Shown one piece after another: positions 37,388 to 48,199 of a stretch of 64,000 nucleotides of DNA. The translations under genes and the position numbers were made by a program. Every line of letters starts with the position of its first letter. Position 1 is the stretch's first letter. Below the pieces are notes generated by a model. It was not told where the DNA came from. It saw nothing but the letters and a program-made list of their open reading frames with translations, and did not search any database. Source of the stretch: Gemmatimonadaceae bacterium. GTDB lineage: Bacteria > Gemmatimonadota > Gemmatimonadetes > Gemmatimonadales > Gemmatimonadaceae. The stretch is taken from positions 152,185 to 216,184 of the forward strand of contig JBGAJQ010000002.1 in NCBI GenBank assembly GCA_044224875.1, given 5' to 3'.

Positions 37388-39109
37388 CTAACGAGGGATG
37401 AGCGGGACTAAAAGGTAGGACGGGCGGGCGCGATCGTGGTAGATGGTCTGGTCTGCCACGACCCCGGTTGTGTCATCGGCGATGCTCCCGCCCGTATTCA
37501 GGTTCGCGTCAAACTTTGGGAACGAGCTGGAAGCCACCTCCAGTCGAAGGCGCTCCCCCGGTCGAAACAGGATGCAGGTTCCCCAGTTATCGATCGTGTA
37601 CGCCTCGGGCTTGCCGGGCGTCAGGAGTTGCTCCTGACGAGGGTTTTTTGCGTACCGAGCGCGCACCCCGCCGTCGTTCAAGCGCTGGGCAACGCCATTC
37701 GGGTACACGATCAGAACCTTGGTCAGCCAGTCTGTATCCTTCGCCGACGAAGCGGCGTGAATCGTTGCGCTCAGTGGCCCACACATTTCCGTCGGGCGGT
37801 CGAAAGGCTCGGTAGTATAGACCAGCAGGTCGTCCCTCCGTTCGACCGACTGATAGTCGTCAGGTCCACCAACCTGACTGAAGTGAGCATCGGTGATCAG
37901 GGGCACGGGTTTCGTCGGGTCGTATCGGTAATGGTCGGGCGCTTCGGCGGCCGGCGGCAGGGTGTCGAGCGTGCCATCGCCATACCGGCTATTGGCCTTT
38001 CCCCCACTGTGCAGGTAGAACTTCGTCCACTTGGTGCGGGCGAGGGGCCACTCGTTCTCGTCGCGCCACGTGTTCTCTCCCATCACGAAAATCCGGACTG
38101 GTGGCTCCCGCTCCACGCCGTTCGCTGTTCCATTGAGCCAACGATCCAGCCACCGCGCCTGCAGCGACTCCAGATCGATGAGTGCCGTCGGACCAAAGTC
38201 GACGTCTCCCATTCTTGAGCTCTGGTTGATCCGGTGCCCCCACGGTCCAATGAGCAAGCGCTGCCTGGTCTTGATGGAGGGGTCAGCCTTGGGGCCTGTC
38301 AGACGCGCAAAGTTCTGCAGGGTGCCTAACAACACGTCGTCGTACCATCCACTCACGTGCAACATCGGTATTGGACTGTCGAGGATCTTGTCCTGATAGG
38401 CTTGACGGTCCCAGTAGGCGTCGCTTGCGGGGTGATCGAGCCAGTCCTGCCAAGCCTTGATGGAACGACCGACGAAGCGATCGGCCGTGCGGAGCGGACG
38501 ATGTGCGTACGCGCCCCACAGGTCCAGCTCGGAGAGATCCTGCGACGTGTGTCCGGAAATGTTCGCCAGCCACGAGATTGTAGCTGGCGAGTAGGCCCCG
38601 AACTGCATTGGCCAGCTCTTGTCGGGATCGGTCGGTGTGACTGCCGGAATCAGCGCGGCAAGCGCCGGCGGCTTTTCGGCTGCGGCGTACAGCTGCACCC
38701 AGCCCAGGTAGGAGCCGCCCAGCATCCCCACCTTGCCATTGGACCACGGTTGTGCGGCCAGCCAGGCAATGGTATCGAATCCATCCTTTCCTTCAGAGAC
38801 GAGCGGATAGAACACACCGTCGGAATCGCCGCGCCCGCGGACGTCCTGCACCACGTACACAAAGCCCCGACCAGCCCAACGCTTGCCGGCCTGAAGGTTT
38901 GGTGCGGTGCCGTTGTCGTAGGGTGTGCGCACCAGGATCACCGGGAACCTTCCCGGTCTGTTCGGTCGATAGACGTCGGCAGACAACTCCACGCCGTCCC
39001 GCATCTTGATGCGCGTGTCGAACTCCATCTGTATCGGGGACTGCGCAGGGATCACCGCGGCGGGCGAAAGTGCGGCAACGATCAGCACGAGTCGGCTTGC
39101 TAGCAGCAT
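37388..39109 (-). CDS. CocE/NonD-family serine hydrolase
   Basis: MRDGVELSADVY, RTPY, QDVRGRGDSDG, GGSYLG, GWYD, IGPWGH. Confidence 0.93.
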   Translation of the reverse strand: MLLASRLVLIVAALSPAAVIPAQSPIQMEFDTRIKMRDGVELSADVYRPNRPGRFPVILVRTPYDNGTAPNLQAGKRWAGRGFVYVVQDVRGRGDSDGVFYPLVSEGKDGFDTIAWLAAQPWSNGKVGMLGGSYLGWVQLYAAAEKPPALAALIPAVTPTDPDKSWPMQFGAYSPATISWLANISGHTSQDLSELDLWGAYAHRPLRTADRFVGRSIKAWQDWLDHPASDAYWDRQAYQDKILDSPIPMLHVSGWYDDVLLGTLQNFARLTGPKADPSIKTRQRLLIGPWGHRINQSSRMGDVDFGPTALIDLESLQARWLDRWLNGTANGVEREPPVRIFVMGENTWRDENEWPLARTKWTKFYLHSGGKANSRYGDGTLDTLPPAAEAPDHYRYDPTKPVPLITDAHFSQVGGPDDYQSVERRDDLLVYTTEPFDRPTEMCGPLSATIHAASSAKDTDWLTKVLIVYPNGVAQRLNDGGVRARYAKNPRQEQLLTPGKPEAYTIDNWGTCILFRPGERLRLEVASSSFPKFDANLNTGGSIADDTTGVVADQTIYHDRARPSYLLVPLIPR

Positions 39110-39281
39110 GCGGGTTCTCGGTCGTTGGCAGCGTAACGGGCGGCAGGTCTGTTTCGCCAAGCCAGGCGTCGATCCCGGATGCGGCGCGAGGGAGAGGCGG
39201 TCGGGTTGACACGAAACAGGAGGGGCACGCGTAGAATCTCCTGCCGTGCCCTTGCCGAGTCCACCATAGGTCCCAATCGCC

Positions 39282-41798
39282 ATGGTCAACCCCAAGCTCG
39301 CCTTCCGCACGCTGTCCCAGAGCCCGGTCATCACGATCGTCGCCGCGCTGTCCCTGGCGCTCGGGATTGGTGCCAACACCGCCATCTTCTCGCTCTACGA
39401 CCAGGTCCTCCTCCGGTCCCTCTCGGTACGCGAGCCGGGACGTCTGGTGAACCTCAGTGCGCCGGGCCCGAAACCCGGGATGCAGTGGTGCGGCAACGCC
39501 GGCGGCTGCGACGAGGTGTTCAGCTACCCGATGTTTCGAGACCTGCAGCGGTTGCAGACGACGTTCACGGGTGTCGCCGCGCACATGGCATTCGAGGCCA
39601 ACGTGGGAGTGCCGGGCCAGATCCCAGCGAAAGGGCGAGCCCTCTTCGTGTCCAGCAGCTACTTCAACGTCCTCGGGTTACAGCCGGCAGTGGGTCGCTT
39701 GCTGCTGCCTGACGATGATCGGGCGCCGGGCACAGGTCCGGTCGCGGTGCTCTCCCACGAGTACTGGGAAACGACGTTTGGCGCCCAGCGGTCGGTCGTT
39801 GGTTCTACAATCGTCGTGAACGGGCAATCCCTCACCGTGGTCGGCGTAGCGCCCCGCGGCTTCCGCGGCACCACCATCGGCACGTTTCCCTCGCTGTTCG
39901 TGCCGATCACGATGTGGCCGGTGCTTCAGCATCAACCGAACGCGCTGGACCGTCGCGATGCCTACTGGGCCTACCTCTTTGCCCGACTCAAGCCTGGCGT
40001 CACCCTGGAGCAGGCGCGTCAGCAGCTCGAACTGATCTATCGGCCGATCATCACCGACGTCGAGCTGCCAATACAGGAACGTATCTCGGAGAAGGATCGT
40101 GCGGCTTTTCGAAGGAAGCCAATCCTGATAACCGAAGGGGCCGCAGGGCAGAGTCAGGTCCGGCAATTCGCCGGCCGCCCGTTGCTGATGCTCTTTGGCG
40201 TGGCGGGGATCGTGTTGTTCATCGCCTGCGCCAACATTGCCAACCTGCTGCTCTCCCGGTCGGCGGGGCGTTCCATGGAGATGGCGGTCCGGCTTGCCCT
40301 CGGCGCCAGCAGAAGGCAGCTCGTGATGCAGCTGCTGTTGGAATCGTGCATGCTGGCGGTGCTTGGCGGAATCATGAGCGTGGTGATTGCGAAGTGGACG
40401 TTGAGTCTCATCGGGGGCAGCGTTCCACCCGAGGCGGCCGGCATGGTATCGGGGCTGCTCAACTTGAAGGTGCTGGCGTTCGCCATGCTCTTGTCGGTCG
40501 GTACCGGAATGCTGTTCGGGATCGTTCCCGCGTGGCAGAGTGTTCGTCCGGACCTCATCACGGCCATGCGCGCGCACAGTGGGCAGCCGTCTGGCGGGCG
40601 AGCGACGCGTCGAGTGCAGGGGATTCTCGTGACAACGCAAATTGCGCTGTCGACGACGCTGCTGATCGCGGCGGGGCTCTTCGTGCGGAGCCTCATCAAC
40701 GTGACGCGTGTGGATCTGGGCCTGGTGATCGATCACGTGGTCACGTTCCGCATCTCCCCGGGGCTCAACGGCAACAATGGGAAGCGGACGATCGTGCTTG
40801 CCGACCGTATCCAGCAGGAGCTGGCGGCCATTCCCGGTGTGACGGACGTGGCGGCGTCGCTGGTGCCTGTGCTTGCCGGGAGCAGCTGGGGAACGAGTGT
40901 CACCGTGGAAGGCGTTTCCAAGGAGGACGCTGGCAAGATCGAGACGCGATACAACGAAGTCAGCGCGGGGTACTTGCGTGCGTTAGGCATGCCCTTGCTG
41001 GCCGGACGCGAATTCACACCCAGTGACGTGGCGGGAGCTCCCAAGGTGGCGATGGTGAATGAGACCTTCGCGAAACGGTTCAACCTGACCGGGGGCAAGG
41101 GTCGGACAGCGGTTGGCGCGTTCATGGCCGAGTCCAGCGAGGACACAGCGAAGCTCGACATCCAGATCGTCGGGTTGGTGCGAGACGCCAAGTACAACGG
41201 AGTGAAGGACGAGGTGCCGGCACTCTTCTTTCGGCCAATGGCGCAGGACACCGCGATCGATGCCGTCTCATTCTACGCGCGCACGACAGGGGACCCGGCA
41301 TTGTTGCTCCGTGCGGTTCCACCGCTGATCGCCAAGTTGGACGCGACACTTCCGGTAGAGGACCTCAAGACGTTACCGAGGCAGGTGGAGGAGAACATTC
41401 GCTCCGACCGGATGATCGGAGTCTTCGCGGTGGCCTTTGCAACGCTCGCCACGCTGCTGGCGGCCATCGGTCTCTATGGAGTCCTGTCGTACTCGGTGTC
41501 GCAGCGCACGCGTGAGATCGGCCTTCGCATGGCGTTAGGCGCGACGAGCAGTCGAGTCCGTGGGATGGTCTTGGCGCAGGTTGCCCGACTCACCCTCATT
41601 GGGGGGATACTCGGCGTAGCAGGGGCGTTGGCGGCGGGGCGCATAGCCCGGTCGCTCCTGTACGACCTGTCGGGGAGCGATCCGTTGGTGATCGCGCTGT
41701 CGGTGGTGGTGCTCTCACTCGTGGCGGTGGCCGCGGGCTATGCACCCGCATGGCGCGCCTCGCGCGCCGAGCCAATGGAAGCGCTGCGTTACGAGTAA
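39282..41798 (+). CDS. ADOP-type duplicated ABC permease
   Basis: LSLALGIGANTAIFS, IACANIANLLL, EMAVRLALGA, REIGLRMALGA, PMEALRYE. Confidence 0.93.
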   Translation: MVNPKLAFRTLSQSPVITIVAALSLALGIGANTAIFSLYDQVLLRSLSVREPGRLVNLSAPGPKPGMQWCGNAGGCDEVFSYPMFRDLQRLQTTFTGVAAHMAFEANVGVPGQIPAKGRALFVSSSYFNVLGLQPAVGRLLLPDDDRAPGTGPVAVLSHEYWETTFGAQRSVVGSTIVVNGQSLTVVGVAPRGFRGTTIGTFPSLFVPITMWPVLQHQPNALDRRDAYWAYLFARLKPGVTLEQARQQLELIYRPIITDVELPIQERISEKDRAAFRRKPILITEGAAGQSQVRQFAGRPLLMLFGVAGIVLFIACANIANLLLSRSAGRSMEMAVRLALGASRRQLVMQLLLESCMLAVLGGIMSVVIAKWTLSLIGGSVPPEAAGMVSGLLNLKVLAFAMLLSVGTGMLFGIVPAWQSVRPDLITAMRAHSGQPSGGRATRRVQGILVTTQIALSTTLLIAAGLFVRSLINVTRVDLGLVIDHVVTFRISPGLNGNNGKRTIVLADRIQQELAAIPGVTDVAASLVPVLAGSSWGTSVTVEGVSKEDAGKIETRYNEVSAGYLRALGMPLLAGREFTPSDVAGAPKVAMVNETFAKRFNLTGGKGRTAVGAFMAESSEDTAKLDIQIVGLVRDAKYNGVKDEVPALFFRPMAQDTAIDAVSFYARTTGDPALLLRAVPPLIAKLDATLPVEDLKTLPRQVEENIRSDRMIGVFAVAFATLATLLAAIGLYGVLSYSVSQRTREIGLRMALGATSSRVRGMVLAQVARLTLIGGILGVAGALAAGRIARSLLYDLSGSDPLVIALSVVVLSLVAVAAGYAPAWRASRAEPMEALRYE

Positions 41799-41865
41799 GG
41801 GGAGGCGAACGATAACATGGCGCGTCGGTCACGCCCCGTCCGGTCTTGCTCGGCAGCGCGGGCCC

Positions 41866-42696
41866 TCAACGCTCCGCCAGGTACATCATTCGCGACAGGG
41901 CCCGCCGCCCGGATAGCTCGAGCACCGTGACCAGGTACTCCTCCTGCGCCTGAGCCTCGGCAGTACCAAGCATGTCTTCGAGTTCCGCGCGGTGCTTCCG
42001 AAGGGCCACCAGCCGGCCGCTCGCGACGTTGACGACCGCGTCCGTCCGATCCTCTGTTTCGAGTAAACGCCAGCCAGCCGACAGCAACTGTTCCTCATTC
42101 CAGCCAACGGGCACGAACTGCGTGTGACCGTGCGGCGCGCGCCGCCGCCGTTCATCGCTGGAAATGGCGCCCGTGACTACGCCTGCGTCGGTGAACAGGA
42201 AGCGTCCCCCTGGCCGCGAAACGCGAGCGACCTCTCGAAAGAAGCCCAGGCGATCTTGCAGGTGCAACACCACGTCGAGTGACATCGCGGCGTCGAATGT
42301 TCCTGCGTCGAATGGGAGCGGTTCGTTCAGGTCGAACGCTCGTATCGAGAGCTGCGCGCTGATGCCTAGCGATGCGCCGCGGTTACGGCCGACCTCGACC
42401 GCCGCTTCACTGCGCTCCAAACCCGTACCCTGGCACCCCACCGTGAGAACAACGAAGGTGAGCGGCCCGCACGGCCCGCAACCGAGGTCGAGGAGCCGAC
42501 TCTCTCGTTGCAGGCGAAGGCGGAGTATGTCGCCCCTGAGCTCATCCGCGCTCACCCAGGAGTGCTGCCCGATGTCTTCGCCGTATCCGTCGCGGCGCAA
42601 CTCACGCATGAGTGGCGAGTCGAAGTGCCGATAGAGCACGTCGTAGCCCTCGGGCCGGCCACCCTCAGCGGTACTCAACTTGAATGTCTCCTCCAT
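41866..42696 (-). CDS. Class I SAM-dependent methyltransferase
   Basis: LLDLGCGPCG, LPFDAGTFD, RPGGRFLFTD. Confidence 0.88.
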   Translation of the reverse strand: MEETFKLSTAEGGRPEGYDVLYRHFDSPLMRELRRDGYGEDIGQHSWVSADELRGDILRLRLQRESRLLDLGCGPCGPLTFVVLTVGCQGTGLERSEAAVEVGRNRGASLGISAQLSIRAFDLNEPLPFDAGTFDAAMSLDVVLHLQDRLGFFREVARVSRPGGRFLFTDAGVVTGAISSDERRRRAPHGHTQFVPVGWNEEQLLSAGWRLLETEDRTDAVVNVASGRLVALRKHRAELEDMLGTAEAQAQEEYLVTVLELSGRRALSRMMYLAER

Positions 42697-42859
42697 TCGC
42701 AGCACCAGAAACTGTCACGCGATCGCAGGACCGCCAGAGTCCGCGCCTTCCACTCCACGACGCGCGCGAGCCGGTCGCCGGCTGGCGTGCGCGAGCACCT
42801 CCTTCCCGTGCCAGCCCGCGATGTGGCGCCCGACGGCCCGAAGCGGTAAGCTCTGCGAA

Positions 42860-44584
42860 ATGAAGACTCGAACTTCCAGCATCCTTCGCGCCGCTGCGCT
42901 CGCCCTTGTGGTTGCTTGTCGAGCGACGCCTGACGCGGCCGATACCCGGTCTGCCATCGACCGTGACCTCATGGACGTCACGGTTTCGCAGCTGCACCAG
43001 TTGTACGCGGACAAGAAGTACACGGTGACACAGGTGGTGCAGTGGCATCTTGACCGCATCGATCGCTACAACGGTGTATACGGTGCGATCGAAACGGTGC
43101 TTCGAGAAGACGCCCTCGCCGATGCGAAACGCGAAGACGCAGATCGCGGCACCCGAGGTCCGCTGTGGGGCGTGCCAATCGTCATCAAGGCCAACACTAG
43201 CGTCAAAGGTGAGGTGACGACGGCAGGGTGGGAGGGATTCACGCGAGGTGGCCACGAACTGATCGCACCTCAGGACGCAACGATTGTGGCGCGGTTGAAG
43301 GCGGCGGGAGCCATCATCGTCGGGCTGGCAAACATGCCGGACCTTGCCAACAGCGATACCAACCGGAGTAGCTCGTTCGGTCGCACGGGGAATGCGTACG
43401 ATGTTCGCTTCTCGCCCGGAGGTTCGTCGGGTGGAGTGGTGACGGCCATCGCCACGAACATGGCGGTACTTGGCAACGGTACGGACACGGGCAACTCGAT
43501 CCGGATGCCGGCGGCCACCAGCGCGCTGGATGGCGTCTTCCCGACGCGAGGCCTGGTTTCCATCGCCGGTATTGCTCCGCTGGACTGGCTGCTGGACAAC
43601 ACCGGACCAATTGCGCGCACCGCGACGGACGCTGCCATCGCCTTGTCGGTCATGGCAGGCGCCGATTCACTCGATCCGCCCACACTGGGCGCTCCGCCGT
43701 CAGCTCAACAGGGTCCGTTCGAGTCGACCCTCGCGGCCGGCACCCTCAAAGGCAAGCGCTTTGGTGTGCCGGCGTTTATCCTGGCGGGTGAGGGGATTCC
43801 CTTCCATGGCATCCCCGCGACGGTCAGTGAACCCACCTTCGAGCGCCTGCGAAAGGCGGCGGATATGCCGCTCCGCCCCGAGACGCGTGAGATGTTCCTG
43901 AAGGCGGTTGCTGCGCTGCGAGCAGCTGGCGCCGAGGTGGTGATGGACGACAACCTCCTGCCAGCGAGCTTCGCGCGCTTGGCGGCACACGTGACGACCT
44001 ATGCGTACATGAAGGACGGCACCGATCGCTTCCTCGCCACGTTCGGTCCTGCCGAATATCGCTCGGCGGCGGACTATGAGAAGGCCGTGGGGTCGCCGCT
44101 CTTTGCCTCATCCATTGGGACGGAGGACAACTTCAGGAAGCTTGGAAACGTTCGTATCGGTCAGGTGCAGCTCAACAACGATCCAAACGCCGAGCGTTTA
44201 TTCCATGCGCCGCGCCGCGCTGTGCTCGCCGAGTATGTGGCGACATTGGATCGCTTGAAGCTAGACGGCTATGTGTATCCGGCGATTCAGATGCCGCCAC
44301 CTAACGAGACAATGGCGCAGGATGGCCGCGTGAGCGAGGGGCCGCACTCGGCCACGAGCTGGGTGAACATGATTGGCGTGCCGGCGGTGGTGGTTCCCGC
44401 CGGGTTCTATGCCAGCGGTCTTCCATTTGGACTCGAGTTCTCGGCGCGGCCATGGCGCGATGGTGAGCTGTTGGACATTGCCTTCGCGTGGGAGCGCGCA
44501 GGTTCGTGGCGGCGGCCGCCGACATTGGTGGAGAAGGGGCTGCTCGCGGTGACGCCAGCGCGAGAGGGTCGCTCGCACCGCTGA
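42860..44584 (+). CDS. Amidase-signature family lipoprotein
   Basis: Lipobox VAC, GVPIVIK, PGGSSGG, GTDTGNSIRMPA. Confidence 0.92.
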   Translation: MKTRTSSILRAAALALVVACRATPDAADTRSAIDRDLMDVTVSQLHQLYADKKYTVTQVVQWHLDRIDRYNGVYGAIETVLREDALADAKREDADRGTRGPLWGVPIVIKANTSVKGEVTTAGWEGFTRGGHELIAPQDATIVARLKAAGAIIVGLANMPDLANSDTNRSSSFGRTGNAYDVRFSPGGSSGGVVTAIATNMAVLGNGTDTGNSIRMPAATSALDGVFPTRGLVSIAGIAPLDWLLDNTGPIARTATDAAIALSVMAGADSLDPPTLGAPPSAQQGPFESTLAAGTLKGKRFGVPAFILAGEGIPFHGIPATVSEPTFERLRKAADMPLRPETREMFLKAVAALRAAGAEVVMDDNLLPASFARLAAHVTTYAYMKDGTDRFLATFGPAEYRSAADYEKAVGSPLFASSIGTEDNFRKLGNVRIGQVQLNNDPNAERLFHAPRRAVLAEYVATLDRLKLDGYVYPAIQMPPPNETMAQDGRVSEGPHSATSWVNMIGVPAVVVPAGFYASGLPFGLEFSARPWRDGELLDIAFAWERAGSWRRPPTLVEKGLLAVTPAREGRSHR

Positions 44585-44725
44585 CGCGGCTTGAGTTTGT
44601 GTGGGTCGCTCGTGGCGAGGGTCTCGACCGAAGGCCGACTCTGTGGCAGAATGTACGCCACCCGCTAAGGCAACGGTTGGTCTCACCGCGGCCTGACGGG
44701 GCACTCGATCTTCTCATCAAACACT

Positions 44726-45895
44726 ATGCAACCCAAGCAACTGCGCTTCGGAATGGTTGGCGGTGGCCCGGGCGCCTTCATTGGCGCTGTGCACCGCCGG
44801 GCCGCCACGGTCGATGGACTGGCTACGCTCGTAGCTGGCGCCTTCTCGTCCGATGCTGAGAAGTCGCGTGCGCAGGGTGAGATCTACGGTCTCGATCCCA
44901 GGCGGGTCTATGCGTCGTTCGAGGGGATGGCGGCGCGTGAAGCCGCGCTCCCCGCCGATGAACGCATTCACTTCGTTTCGATCGTGACGCCTAACCACGT
45001 ACACTTTCCCGCGGCCAAGGCATTCATCGAACGCGGCATCCACGTGGTGTGCGACAAGCCGCTCACCATCACGCTCGAAGACGCCGAGGAATTGTGTCGT
45101 CTGGTCAAACGCCACGACGTGATCTTCGCGCTCACCCATCCTTATGCTGCATACCCGATGGTCAAGCAGGCGCGCAGTCTCGTGAAGGACGGCAAGCTCG
45201 GGAAAGTGCGCAAGGTCATCGTTGAGTATTCACAGGGATGGCTGGCGACACTGGTCGAGGGCACTGGAAACAAGCAAGCCGATTGGCGCACCGACCCGGC
45301 ACGGGCTGGTGCCGGCGCCATTGGGGACATTGGAACGCACGCCGAACACCTGGCCCGTTACATCACCGGATTGGAGATGGCGCGGCTCTTTGCCGATGTG
45401 AGTTCGTACGTGCAGGGGCGCCGCATCGACGACGACGCGAACATGCTCGTACAGTACCAAGGCGGTGCCAAGGGAATCCTCACGTGCTCGCAGATCTCCG
45501 TCGGCGAAGAGAATCGCCTAGCGATTCGGGTGTACGGCACCGAAGCCTCGCTCGAGTGGCACCAGCAGGATCCGAATTTCCTCGTGGTGCGGCACAACAA
45601 CGGGCCAACCGAGACGTACAAGCCGGGGCACGCATACCTCGTGGCGACAGCTCAGCGGGGAACGCGCATGCCTCCCGGGCATCCGGAGGGACTGCTGGAA
45701 GCCTTCGCGAACATCTACTCCAGTGCCATCCGCTTGATTCAGGCACGCCTAACGGGTGCGCATCCAGACCCCGACGACCTCGACATCCCGACGGTGCGAG
45801 ACGGCGCCGTCGGCGTGCATTTCATCCACTCGGCGCTCAAGAGCGGGCGCGAGGGTGGTTGGGTGGACGCCGCGTACGTTGCTCCTGGCGGCTAG
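44726..45895 (+). CDS. Gfo/Idh/MocA-family NAD-dependent oxidoreductase
   Basis: [32 protein letters not shown]. Confidence 0.93.
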   Translation: MQPKQLRFGMVGGGPGAFIGAVHRRAATVDGLATLVAGAFSSDAEKSRAQGEIYGLDPRRVYASFEGMAAREAALPADERIHFVSIVTPNHVHFPAAKAFIERGIHVVCDKPLTITLEDAEELCRLVKRHDVIFALTHPYAAYPMVKQARSLVKDGKLGKVRKVIVEYSQGWLATLVEGTGNKQADWRTDPARAGAGAIGDIGTHAEHLARYITGLEMARLFADVSSYVQGRRIDDDANMLVQYQGGAKGILTCSQISVGEENRLAIRVYGTEASLEWHQQDPNFLVVRHNNGPTETYKPGHAYLVATAQRGTRMPPGHPEGLLEAFANIYSSAIRLIQARLTGAHPDPDDLDIPTVRDGAVGVHFIHSALKSGREGGWVDAAYVAPGG

Positions 45896-45989
45896 ACTCG
45901 CCAGCTCACCGTGCTCAAGAAGCGGGAGTGAGGGTGCTTGGGTGGACGCCGCGTACGTTGCTCCTGGCGGCTAACCCGCCAGGTTCACT
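45833..45989. repeat. Imperfect ~79-bp tandem duplication spanning the ends of two convergent genes
   Basis: Identical 36-nt core ttgggtggacgccgcgtacgttgctcctggcggcta at 45859-45894 and 45938-45973. The flanks are also similar. Confidence 0.9.
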
Positions 45990-46986
45990 CTCTCGCGAAC
46001 GCGGCGTCGAAGGCCCCCGCGGCTGGGGCAAAGTCCGCACGCTTCACGAACGCGCACGCCTCCTGCGCGCCGTGCTCACGTGCCATGCCGCTGTCCTCCC
46101 ATTCCACAGACAGGGGCCCGGCATAGTGGGCGGCGTTCAACCGGCGAATGACCTCCTCGAAGTTGATTCGTCCCCTGCCGAGTGAACGGAACTCCCAGAA
46201 GCGCTCGGGATGCCCGAAGGACAGGTGGCCGCCAAAGACGCCCGATGGTTTTGGCACGTCGGACCACCACACGTCCTTCATATGCGCGTGGTAGATGCGA
46301 TCGGCAAAGCGGTCGATGAATCCCAGGTAGTCCACACCCTGATAGCCGAAGTGGCTGGGGTCGTAGTTGAACCCGAACGCCTTGCGATTCTTCACGGCGT
46401 CGAGCGCGCGCTGCGCCGACGAAATGTCGAAGGCAATCTCCGTCGGGTGCACCTCGAGTGCGAATCGCACGCCGACCTCATCGAACACGTCAAGGATCGG
46501 ATTCCATCGCCGGGCAAAGTCAGCAAAGCCGGCGTCGATCCAAGCATCCGGTACCGGTGGGAAGCTGTACAAGAGGGGCCAGATCGAGGAGCCGGTGAAC
46601 CCCGGCACCACGGTCACACCGAGCCTTGCCGCCGCGCGCGCCGTATCCTGCATCTCCTTCGCTGCACGCGAGCGAACGCCTTCGACAGCTCCATCACCCC
46701 AGACGTGCGGCGGAACGATTGACTTGTGTCGCGCGTCGATCGCATCGCAGACCGCCTGACCCACGAGGTGGTTGCTGATGGCGTACACCTTGAGCCCATG
46801 CTTGCCCAGAAGGTCCCGACGCCGCTCACAGTAGTCTGGCTCGTTCAGGGCGCGCTGGACGTCGAAGTGGTCGCCCCAACAAGCGAGCTCGAGTCCGTCG
46901 AATCCCCACTCGCGGGCCTTCTTTGCAAGCGTTTCCAGGGGTAGGTCGGCCCACTGTCCGGTGAAGAGGGTGACGGGTCGCGTCAT
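45985..46986 (-). CDS. Sugar phosphate isomerase/epimerase family (xylose-isomerase-like TIM barrel)
   Basis: [42 protein letters not shown]. Confidence 0.92.
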   Translation of the reverse strand: MTRPVTLFTGQWADLPLETLAKKAREWGFDGLELACWGDHFDVQRALNEPDYCERRRDLLGKHGLKVYAISNHLVGQAVCDAIDARHKSIVPPHVWGDGAVEGVRSRAAKEMQDTARAAARLGVTVVPGFTGSSIWPLLYSFPPVPDAWIDAGFADFARRWNPILDVFDEVGVRFALEVHPTEIAFDISSAQRALDAVKNRKAFGFNYDPSHFGYQGVDYLGFIDRFADRIYHAHMKDVWWSDVPKPSGVFGGHLSFGHPERFWEFRSLGRGRINFEEVIRRLNAAHYAGPLSVEWEDSGMAREHGAQEACAFVKRADFAPAAGAFDAAFARE

Positions 46987-47131
46987 GGAAGCATCCAAGG
47001 TCAGGGGAATTCATGGCGATGCGTCAGCACGCCTGTTGAAGCTGATGGCCACGGCATCGAGGGTGCCAAGAATGCCACCATTGACTCCTCCCGCGCAACC
47101 CGTTGAAAAGGGCGATGCACGGGACGCCAAG

Positions 47132-48043
47132 TTACAGATACTTCACCACTTCCTTGGCGTAGTGGGAAATCGCGATAGCCGGCTCCTCGATCTCTGGGTG
47201 CCATCGCTTCTCCCACTCGAACGAGTAGTAGCCTGAATACCCACCGCCTGCCAACGCGCGCAGGGCCTCGGCGATCGGCGCCTCCCCCTTGCCTAACAAC
47301 ACATAGTGGACGTCGTGTCCGGATAGCGTGAGATCCTTGATGTGCGTGTGGCGAACATAGGGTTTCAGCTGCGCATACACGTGCGCCGGCGATTCCTTGG
47401 TCACGGACCACATGTTGCATACGTCCCAGACGAGCCCGACCTTCGGGCCAGCGCTAGCGCGCATGACGCGCAGCACGTCTGCGGTAGCCACGACGCCGCC
47501 ATGCGTTTCCATCAGTACGTCCACCCGACTGCCGGTGGCATGCTTCGACAGCTCCGCTAGCCCGTCACTGATCAGCGCGAACGTGGCGTCTCGGTCGCGG
47601 TCCGGCGGGAGTGCATTGGGAAACACGCGGATGTGCGGGCAGTCGAGTTCGTGGGCGAGATCGATGTAGCGTCGCCCTTCGTCCAGTCCGGCCAGACGTT
47701 TCTGCGAGTCTGCCTCGTGGAGCTCCGTCGATGCGCCAAGATTCACGATCGCAACGCCGGACTCGGTGATGGCGCGCTTGGTCGCCGCGAGATTGGCGCT
47801 GCTGAACTCCGTACACTTCGTCAGGTCCATCTCGCTGAGCAGGCCGCGCAGTTCAATCCCCTGATATCCGTTCGCCACGGCAAACGTCAGAATGTCCTTC
47901 AGCGGCCAGGTCGGGCAGCCGAGCGTGGAGAATGACAGTCGCGGCGCCAACGGCGCGAAGGTGCCCGACAGGCGACTGAGTGCCATGCCGGTCACGGCCA
48001 ACCCAGCGCTCCGAACGAATCCCCTGCGGCTGACGGAGGTCAT
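47132..48043 (-). CDS. Tat-exported sugar phosphate isomerase/epimerase-family protein
   Basis: SRRGFV Tat motif, FSTLGCP, METHG, HTHIKD, SFEWEKRWHP. Confidence 0.9.
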   Translation of the reverse strand: MTSVSRRGFVRSAGLAVTGMALSRLSGTFAPLAPRLSFSTLGCPTWPLKDILTFAVANGYQGIELRGLLSEMDLTKCTEFSSANLAATKRAITESGVAIVNLGASTELHEADSQKRLAGLDEGRRYIDLAHELDCPHIRVFPNALPPDRDRDATFALISDGLAELSKHATGSRVDVLMETHGGVVATADVLRVMRASAGPKVGLVWDVCNMWSVTKESPAHVYAQLKPYVRHTHIKDLTLSGHDVHYVLLGKGEAPIAEALRALAGGGYSGYYSFEWEKRWHPEIEEPAIAISHYAKEVVKYL

Positions 48044-48199
48044 GAGGTTCGACGATGCGTGAAGGGAACGACTCGGGTTCATGGAACTTGCTCGGCGACC
48101 GAGCAACAGTACGGCCCATCGGGGCGTCGCGCCACATTGGCGCCCGACGTCACGAACGCGCAATTTGCATGCGTCCGTTACCGCCAACCATCTGGAATC

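Noticed and set aside
39206..39237. TTGACA...TAGAAT promoter for the second ADOP gene
   Set aside because: The spacer is 20 bp, too long for a canonical sigma-70 promoter, although the -10 element alone may be real.
45859..45973. Two identical 36-nt repeats with a 43-nt gap, resembling a mini CRISPR array
   Set aside because: Only two copies, the first is coding sequence, the flanks are duplicated too, and there are no cas genes.
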